A DNA stretch of 64,000 bases from an uncultured Candidatus Saccharibacteria bacterium (lineage in GTDB: Bacteria; Patescibacteriota; Doudnabacteria; UBA920): positions 229,609 to 293,608 of the forward strand of contig CAYYWQ010000001.1 in the NCBI GenBank assembly GCA_964474825.1, given 5' to 3'. A program made the translations under genes and the position numbers. A model generated the notes under the pieces. That model was not told the DNA's origin. It ran no database searches and saw only the letters and a list, made by a program, of their open reading frames with translations. Shown here one piece after another: positions 58,185-64,000 of the stretch; within the stretch, counting starts at the first letter, position 1; each line of letters opens with the position of its first letter.

Positions 58185-58186
58185 AT

Positions 58187-59038
58187 ATGTCCAATTTTTT
58201 TATTTATTTAAACAACTTAGTTTACCGTTTGCTCAATGCCTGCGGATTGCGGCACCAAAACCGGCGCTGGGGAATTATTTATGACAGCGTAAACAAGCAG
58301 CCGCTTGACCCTGTTATTGTGAAATTAATAGACGCCCAAAGCGGCAAGGTCAGTCAAACTTGTGTTACTGACCTGGACGGACGTTATAATTTTTTGGCCT
58401 ACCCCGGGAAATTTAAAATTTTGGTAAAAAAAAGCAATTATGTTTTTCCTTCCATTATGTCAGCAGGGGAGAAGGACGAGATTTATAACAATCTTTATCA
58501 TGGAGAATTTTTTGAACTGCGCGGTAGCAGCGATGTTATTCCCTTCAATATTCCCATGGACCCGGAAGCAAAAGACTGGAACCAGGGAGCAAAAGAAAAA
58601 ATGGTGGACTTTCACCCTTATGCCGAAAACTTGCTCAATCGTTTTATTGCAGTATTATTTTGGTTTGTTTTAATTTTAGCCCTGCTTGCCTGGTATACCC
58701 AGCCTTCAACTTTAAGTTATGTGGTCTTGGGTTTTTATTTGTTTATATTTTTGTTGTTATTATTGCCGCGGCCGAGGTGGTGGGGGAGGGTAAGGTTTAA
58801 AAGCAGCGGGGCTCCGGCCAAAGGGTTGGTTTTAGAGTTGAGTTATTTTCAAATGCCCCAAGTTATTGTGGCCAGGGCAAATATTTATGAAGATGGTAAG
58901 TTTTTTTTACGAATAGATCCGGGTAAATATTTTATGCAAATAAAACGCTACTCAGAAACTAATGCTCCGGTTGTGGTGTACGAAAAAGCGGTCCGTGTTG
59001 GCTCTGAGCATGTTATTAACCGTAACTTTGCGATTTAA
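58187..59038 (+). CDS. Membrane protein with carboxypeptidase-regulatory-like (beta-sandwich) domains
   Basis: WG..YDS..KQPLDP..V.L, TD..GRY.F...PG; two TMs; second similar domain. Confidence 0.75.
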   Translation: MSNFFIYLNNLVYRLLNACGLRHQNRRWGIIYDSVNKQPLDPVIVKLIDAQSGKVSQTCVTDLDGRYNFLAYPGKFKILVKKSNYVFPSIMSAGEKDEIYNNLYHGEFFELRGSSDVIPFNIPMDPEAKDWNQGAKEKMVDFHPYAENLLNRFIAVLFWFVLILALLAWYTQPSTLSYVVLGFYLFIFLLLLLPRPRWWGRVRFKSSGAPAKGLVLELSYFQMPQVIVARANIYEDGKFFLRIDPGKYFMQIKRYSETNAPVVVYEKAVRVGSEHVINRNFAI

Positions 59039-59061
59039 AATTTTGTTGCTATAATCATTGC

Positions 59062-59454
59062 ATGACTGACAGAAAGAAAATTTTACTTGTTGAAGACGAC
59101 AAGTCTTTGCTAGACACCTTTAAGTCCAGCCTTTCCAGCCACTATCAAGTTTTTGAGGCTGAAGACGGGGAGCAGGCTGTGTCCCAATGCCTGGACCATA
59201 AGCCTGACTTAATTTTATTGGACTTACTGTTACCCAAGCTGGACGGTTTTAAAGTTTTGGAAAGAATCCGAAAGTATCCGGACGCTGTAATATCCCAAAC
59301 CCCGGTTATTATTTTAAGCAACCTTTTTAGTGAAAAAGATATTCTCCAGGCTAAGGGTTTAAAAATAGACGAGTATTTTGTTAAGGCCCACACCAAAACC
59401 GAAGAGGTTTTGTCCAGAATAAACAAGGTTTTTAGTGAGGCAAAACCTGCTTAA
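59062..59454 (+). CDS. Single-domain response regulator (receiver)
   Basis: ILLVEDD, PDLILLDLLLP.LDG, PVIILSN, YFVK. Confidence 0.92.
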   Translation: MTDRKKILLVEDDKSLLDTFKSSLSSHYQVFEAEDGEQAVSQCLDHKPDLILLDLLLPKLDGFKVLERIRKYPDAVISQTPVIILSNLFSEKDILQAKGLKIDEYFVKAHTKTEEVLSRINKVFSEAKPA

Positions 59455-59536
59455 ATGCTAATTTGACAGTATTTTAATCGTTATGGTATAATCTTAAACA
59501 CAAAGGCCTCCGGGCCTTTTAAAAAAGGGAAAAAAT

Positions 59537-59713
59537 ATGCTTCAATTTTTCGTAGAAGTAAAAAATGAATTAGCTAAAGTTGTCTGGCCTACCAGGTCGG
59601 AGACTGTGAAGTACACTGTGACAGTTATTGTGTTTAGTATTCTTATTGCGGGTATTTTAGGAGCTTTTGACTTCGGTCTCACCAAGTTAATAGGCGCAAT
59701 ACTGACTAAATAA
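59537..59713 (+). CDS. secE: Preprotein translocase subunit SecE (not in the ORF track; 58 aa)
   Basis: MLQFFVEVKNELAKVVWPTRSET...FD, single TM; upstream of nusG. Confidence 0.93.
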   Translation: MLQFFVEVKNELAKVVWPTRSETVKYTVTVIVFSILIAGILGAFDFGLTKLIGAILTK

Positions 59714-59715
59714 CA

Positions 59716-60264
59716 ATGCTGCCCACAGGACATGTTGCCGCGGGTTTTTTGACCGCCGAGGTACTTTTAAAAATTGCAAAACCGGATTTACCCACGGGCC
59801 AAATTCAGCAACTGCTTTGGTGGGGAGTATTTTTTGGCTTTGCCCCGGACTTAGATGTTTTCTACTTTTTTCTAAAGCATAAAACATTATTGGTTTCCCC
59901 CAGCAATGTAGGGGAAGACAATCACCGGAAATTTTGGAGCCACGCGCCATTTTACTGGTTAGTTGCCGGACTGTTAATTTTTCTTTTAAGTGGTTCTCTT
60001 TATTGGAAATATGTCGGCTTGCTTTTGTGGCTAGGTTCCTGGAGTCATTTCCTTCTGGACAGTATTGAATACGGTATTCCTTGGTTAAGCCCGTTTTCCC
60101 AAAAGCTATTTGCCTTAAAAAACCAGGGTATTAAACTCGTAATCTCGGAAAGCAATTTTTTCAGGCACTCCTTAGGTTTTTTAAAACTCTACAGCAAGCG
60201 CCTAAGTTTTTATTTAGAAGTATTAATAATTTTATCTGCAATTTTTGTCTTTTTAAAATACTAA
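59716..60264 (+). CDS. Membrane-bound metal-dependent hydrolase (YdjM-like)
   Basis: M..GH, PDLD, HR...H, SH..LD. Confidence 0.85.
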   Translation: MLPTGHVAAGFLTAEVLLKIAKPDLPTGQIQQLLWWGVFFGFAPDLDVFYFFLKHKTLLVSPSNVGEDNHRKFWSHAPFYWLVAGLLIFLLSGSLYWKYVGLLLWLGSWSHFLLDSIEYGIPWLSPFSQKLFALKNQGIKLVISESNFFRHSLGFLKLYSKRLSFYLEVLIILSAIFVFLKY

Positions 60265-60281
60265 TCACTACCAACTAATTT

Positions 60282-60827
60282 ATGGCCAGACAACAAGTTA
60301 CAGGCGAACGTCATTGGTACGTTTTGCACACATACAGCGGATACGAAGACAGCGTTGCGTTTAACTTAAAGCAAAGAATTGAGTCCATGAATATGCAGGA
60401 CACAATTTTTGACGCGCTCGTACCTAAAGAGAAAAAAATTAAGATTAAAGACGGCAAGAGAATTACGGTCGAAGAAAAAATCTTCCCAGGTTATGTTTTG
60501 GTAGATATGGTTGTAACAGATGACTCCTGGTATGTAGTGCGTAATACCCCTAATGTAACCGGTTTCGTCGGTAGTGGTACTATTCCTTCTCCGATTGATG
60601 AAGAAGAATTGGCCTACTTAAAAAAGCGCATGGGCGCTGACGAACCCAAGTTTAAAGTGGAATTTGCTATTGGTGATTTGGTTAAGATTAACGACGGTCC
60701 GTTTAAAGATTACGAAGGCAAAGTCGGTAATTTGGACGAGCAACACGGCAAAGTTAAAGTCATGGTTACCATTTTCGGCCGCGAAACCCCAGTTGAGTTA
60801 GATTTTTTGCAAGTAAAGAAAATTTAA
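60282..60827 (+). CDS. nusG: Transcription termination/antitermination factor NusG
   Basis: WYV.HTYSGYE, FPGYVLV, RNTPNVTGFVG, KOW domain, IFGRETPVEL. Confidence 0.97.
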   Translation: MARQQVTGERHWYVLHTYSGYEDSVAFNLKQRIESMNMQDTIFDALVPKEKKIKIKDGKRITVEEKIFPGYVLVDMVVTDDSWYVVRNTPNVTGFVGSGTIPSPIDEEELAYLKKRMGADEPKFKVEFAIGDLVKINDGPFKDYEGKVGNLDEQHGKVKVMVTIFGRETPVELDFLQVKKI

Positions 60828-60828
60828 A

Positions 60829-61071
60829 ATGTTTAAAAAGATAGGGCTACTTTGTTTGGTATTAATAGGGGCCGTAATAGTCGCAGGTTTGGCAAGTAGT
60901 TCCGCTAAACCTTGTGAGCCCGGTCTAGGATCCTGGTGTAATAATAATCAGGCCAACGTGTGGTTAGTATTATATTTTGTGGTTACTGGAATATTATATG
61001 CCGTGTGGTTGTGGAGACAGAGAGTAAAGGGCTCGAATGGGAAAGATGAAAATCAAGATAAATTGAAATAA
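60829..61071 (+). CDS. Small two-TM hypothetical protein inserted between nusG and rplK
   Basis: 1-nt gap after nusG; two hydrophobic helices flanking a Cys-pair loop. Confidence 0.6.
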   Translation: MFKKIGLLCLVLIGAVIVAGLASSSAKPCEPGLGSWCNNNQANVWLVLYFVVTGILYAVWLWRQRVKGSNGKDENQDKLK

Positions 61072-61126
61072 TTTTGTTCCTAATTCATACTTCGCGCTTC
61101 TCGAATTATGAGTTTAGAATGAAAAC

Positions 61127-61161
61127 CTAATCACTAACAACTAATCACTACTTACTAATTT
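61127..61161 (+). repeat. Heptamer tandem array ending at the rplK ATG (related array before nusG, 60261-60281)
   Basis: ctaatca-ctaacaa-ctaatca-ctactta-ctaattt-ATG. Confidence 0.8.
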
Positions 61162-61587
61162 ATGGCTAAGAAAGTAAAAGTTCAGCTTAAGCTGCAGTTG
61201 CCGGCCGGTAAGGCCACTCCTGCGCCTCCCGTTGGAACCGCGCTCGGTCCCCACGGTATTAACCTTGGCGCGTTCGTTAAAGAATTTAACGACAAAACCG
61301 CCGCCATGGGCGACACCGTTGTCCCTATAGTAATGACCATCTTTGAAGACAGGTCATTTAGTTTTATTTTAAAAACTCCTCCTGCTTCAAACCTAATAAT
61401 GAAAGCCATTGGCTTGGCTAAAGGATCGGCGAATCCTCTTACGACAAAGGTCGGCAAGATTTCCGCCAAACAAATTAAGGAAATCGCGGAAAAGAAAATG
61501 GTGGACTTAAATGCTAACGATTTGGCCGCGGCGGAAAAAACAATCCGTGGTACGGCAAGAAGCATGGGTGTTGAAGTAATTGATTAA
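61162..61587 (+). CDS. rplK: 50S ribosomal protein L11
   Basis: [24 protein letters not shown]. Confidence 0.98.
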   Translation: MAKKVKVQLKLQLPAGKATPAPPVGTALGPHGINLGAFVKEFNDKTAAMGDTVVPIVMTIFEDRSFSFILKTPPASNLIMKAIGLAKGSANPLTTKVGKISAKQIKEIAEKKMVDLNANDLAAAEKTIRGTARSMGVEVID

Positions 61588-61604
61588 TCCTTTAAATTAA
61601 ATTT

Positions 61605-62369
61605 ATGGATATCTTACTTTGGTTGGTTCTTATTGCTTTTATTTTTATAGTTCTACCTGGTTTTCGTGTAGTCCAGCAATACGAAAAAGGCGCGGTATTT
61701 TTCTTTGGGAAAATTACTGCCATTAAAGACCCTGGGTTGTGCTGGATAATCCCGTATTTTTCCTGGATGCGCAAAGTGGATTTGCGTACCATTACAATGC
61801 CAATCCCGCCGCAGAGGATTATTACTAAAGATAACGTCTCTGTTGATGTTTCCGCGGTAGCCTATTATAAAGTTGTGGACGTTACCAAAAGCATTGTTGC
61901 CATTGAAAACGTTATGTCAGCCATAAACCAGCTTTCGCAAACAACAATGCGTAACATTGTGGGCAAGTTCCAGCTAGACGAAATCCTTTCTGAGCGCGAC
62001 ACTATTAACGCTGAAATCCGCACAGTACTTGACCAGCGGACAGAAGAGTGGGGTGTAATTGTTTCCGCAGTTGAAATTAAAGACATTGAACTGCCGGAAA
62101 ATATGCAGCGCGCCATGGCTAAGCAGGCCGAGGCAGAACGCGAAAAGCGCGCCAAAATTATTGCGGCTGAAGGTGAATTCCTTTCCGCCCAAAAATTGGC
62201 CGACGCCGCCGACGTTATTGAGCAGCATCCAATTGCGCTTCAGCTCCGTAACTTACAGACAATGGCCGAAATTGCCGTTGAGAAAAATTCAACCATCATC
62301 TTCCCGGCGCAGTTTATGGGCACGTTAACTGACATTAAGAAATTTATTGCTGACGAGAAAGTTAAATAA
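61605..62369 (+). CDS. SPFH/band-7 (stomatin-like, slipin) protein
   Basis: VDLR, ITKDNV, QTTMR, MQRAMAKQAEAEREKRAKII.AEGE. Confidence 0.93.
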   Translation: MDILLWLVLIAFIFIVLPGFRVVQQYEKGAVFFFGKITAIKDPGLCWIIPYFSWMRKVDLRTITMPIPPQRIITKDNVSVDVSAVAYYKVVDVTKSIVAIENVMSAINQLSQTTMRNIVGKFQLDEILSERDTINAEIRTVLDQRTEEWGVIVSAVEIKDIELPENMQRAMAKQAEAEREKRAKIIAAEGEFLSAQKLADAADVIEQHPIALQLRNLQTMAEIAVEKNSTIIFPAQFMGTLTDIKKFIADEKVK

Positions 62370-62385
62370 TATTATTTATTAATTT

Positions 62386-62413
62386 GTGGGAGATCTAATA
62401 GATCGCTTACCAC
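62386..62413 (+). promoter_or_regulatory. Ribosomal protein L1 autoregulatory leader (rRNA mimic)
   Basis: GTGG-GA-GATC(taata)GATC-GCTTA-CCAC: asymmetric internal loop typical of L1-binding sites, just before the rplA SD (aaagga). Confidence 0.75.
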
Positions 62414-62429
62414 GAAAGGAACAAAGCAT

Positions 62430-63113
62430 ATGCCAAAAATGGCAAAGAGAGTTAAAGCCAACCATGAGTTGGTGGACGTAAACAAAGTTTACAGTCCGGA
62501 AGAAGCTATTGAGTTAGCTAAAAAGACCGCCAATACCAAATTTGTCGGCTCTATTGAAGTGCACATTAAAACCATGATAGACGCCAAAAAGACTGACCAG
62601 GCCGTCCGTGGTTTGGTTAGCTTGCCTCATGGTACCGGCAAAACCAAGAAGGTTGTGGCTTTCGTTAGCGAAGCTAAGGAAAAGGAAGCCAAGGAAGCCG
62701 GCGCTTTTATGGTTGGCGGCGAAGACTTAATTAAAAAGATTAAAGAGTCGGAAAAGACAGATTTTGACATTGCTGTTGCAGAACCCTCTCTAATGCCAAA
62801 ATTGGCCCAAATTGCGAAGATTATGGGTCCTAGGGGCCTTATGCCTAACCCTAAAACCGGAACTGTTTCCACGGATATTGGCAAGATTATCCGTGAAATA
62901 GCCGGCGGTAAGGTAGACTATAAGAATGACGACAGTGGTAACATTCACCAAATTATTGGCAAGAGCAATTTTGATTCCGCCAAGCTTTTGGAAAACTTTA
63001 AAGCTTTGGTCGACAGCATCCGCGCTGCCAAGCCCGCCGCAGTAAAAAGCCAATATTTGTCCACGGTGACCATTAACGCCACCATGGGACCCGGAATAAG
63101 AGTTAAGTTATAA
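62430..63113 (+). CDS. rplA: 50S ribosomal protein L1
   Basis: VRG.V.LPHGTGK, GPRGLMPNPKTGTV, TMGPG. Confidence 0.98.
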   Translation: MPKMAKRVKANHELVDVNKVYSPEEAIELAKKTANTKFVGSIEVHIKTMIDAKKTDQAVRGLVSLPHGTGKTKKVVAFVSEAKEKEAKEAGAFMVGGEDLIKKIKESEKTDFDIAVAEPSLMPKLAQIAKIMGPRGLMPNPKTGTVSTDIGKIIREIAGGKVDYKNDDSGNIHQIIGKSNFDSAKLLENFKALVDSIRAAKPAAVKSQYLSTVTINATMGPGIRVKL

Positions 63114-63147
63114 GGTTCTTAAAGTTTATAAAGTTATAAAGTAGACA

Positions 63148-63175
63148 GCCCCGATTTACCTCGGGGTTGTTTTTT
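63148..63175 (+). terminator. Intrinsic terminator after rplA
   Basis: gccccga-tttacc-tcggggt followed by a T-run. Confidence 0.75.
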
Positions 63176-63240
63176 GATATAGTTACAGAGACTACGGTTT
63201 ACTTTATAAACTTTATAACCTTCAACTTTACAACTTTTCC

Positions 63241-63666
63241 ATGTATGACGATTTAGGTAAAAAGATTTTGGTAATAGAAGACGATGTTGACTTTCGTAAA
63301 TCACTCTACGATCTGCTCGGCCACGAGTTTACTTTTATTGCGGCCGACGACGGCGAACAGGGGATAGAGCGCCTGCTAGTCCACCGTCCGGACTTAATAA
63401 TTTTAGATTTGCTCCTTCCTCGCATGGACGGTTTCGAGGTGCTAAAAAGAATTCGCGAGTATCCGGACGAAAAAATTAAAAATACCCCGGTAATTGTATT
63501 AAGCAACCTTTCTGACAACGAGGATTTTGTTAAAGCTCAAAACTGGAAAGTGGAAGCTTACTTTGTTAAGGCTCATACCACATTGGCTGACGTAAAAACC
63601 AAAGCAAAGGAAGTTATTTATAAAGGTAAGGGTGGTCCCAAAGTTGAAATTATGGATTTTAGGTAA
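63241..63666 (+). CDS. Single-domain response regulator (paralogue of 59062..59454)
   Basis: ILVIEDD, PDLIILDLLLPRMDG, TPVIVLSNL, YFVKAHT. Confidence 0.92.
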   Translation: MYDDLGKKILVIEDDVDFRKSLYDLLGHEFTFIAADDGEQGIERLLVHRPDLIILDLLLPRMDGFEVLKRIREYPDEKIKNTPVIVLSNLSDNEDFVKAQNWKVEAYFVKAHTTLADVKTKAKEVIYKGKGGPKVEIMDFR

Positions 63667-63695
63667 AGGGAAAGTTAGTTATAAAGTTATAAAGT

Positions 63696-63769
63696 ACAGC
63701 GGCCGCATAAGCGGCCGCTGTTTAAATTTAAAAGAGAAAAGCCGGCGTCGTTGGTTGCGACGCCGGCTG
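63696..63769. terminator. Two GC-rich hairpins between convergent genes
   Basis: acagcggccgc-ataa-gcggccgctgt; agccggcgtcg...cgacgccggct. Confidence 0.7.
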
Positions 63770-63795
63770 TAGAGTAACTGGCCCAAGAGGTTGCC

Positions 63796-63999
63796 TTAGG
63801 CAGTTTGTAGGAAAGTGCGCTCGCTGTTGCTCGCGTAACCGACTACCAGCCAGGTATTTTGATCATCTCGCTTTTGTTGAGTGAGGATCGTAACCCTGAC
63901 AAGGGCCTGGTCTTTGTTTTCGGGATCCATCACTGCGATGGTGTCGCCGTTGGAGAATAGTTCCGCTGACGAGGTCTGGATTACCCCATAGCCGGATGC
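63796..63999 (-). CDS. 3' end of a hypothetical GC-richer gene (truncated by window edge)
   Basis: Open frame ...GDTIAVMDPENKDQALVRVTILTQQKRDDQNTWLVVGYASNSERTFLQTA*, followed by a hairpin. Confidence 0.45.
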   Translation of the reverse strand, partial: ASGYGVIQTSSAELFSNGDTIAVMDPENKDQALVRVTILTQQKRDDQNTWLVVGYASNSERTFLQTA

Positions 64000-64000
64000 C

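Noticed and set aside
1-64000. Alternative genetic code 25 (TGA=Gly)
   Set aside because: TGA ends pcrA, the PrgI gene and the YerC gene at plausible positions, and core genes are full length in code 11.

Overview
Chromosomal segment of a small-genome, AT-rich bacterium. Gene content and style point to Patescibacteria/CPR (Parcubacteria/Doudnabacteria-like; inference). It uses genetic code 11. It carries housekeeping genes (pcrA 3' end, rsmA, radA, recG, comF, clpC, recX, htpX/lemA, secA-like, gatCAB, miaA, holB, frr, rseP, proS, mreBCD-mrdA, folD, secE-nusG-rplK-rplA), three tRNAs (Arg-CCG, Ser-TGA, Ser-GCT) and an ECF sigma/anti-sigma pair. A ~18 kb T4SS-like region (VirB6/TrbL-like, PrgI, VirB4 and large secreted or low-complexity proteins) has no relaxase or integrase in view. 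Most notable signals: (1) a PaaX/Cas2-fold gene bracketed by two perfect palindromes sharing an identical 18-bp core; (2) about a dozen intergenic arrays of degenerate 7-bp (sometimes 8-10 bp) tandem repeats, mostly as a direct arm plus an inverted arm with locus-specific units, often running into the next start codon; (3) a TrpR/YerC(HisR) operon with a perfect operator and a HisI-SLOG fusion; (4) self-contained, GC-richer single-gene cassettes of foreign appearance (TraR/DksA, class I xylose isomerase-like, PEP-CTERM); (5) orphan genes slotted tightly into conserved operons; (6) a symmetric CIRCE variant over the clpC promoter. No CRISPR array, rRNA, transposase or integrase was recognised.
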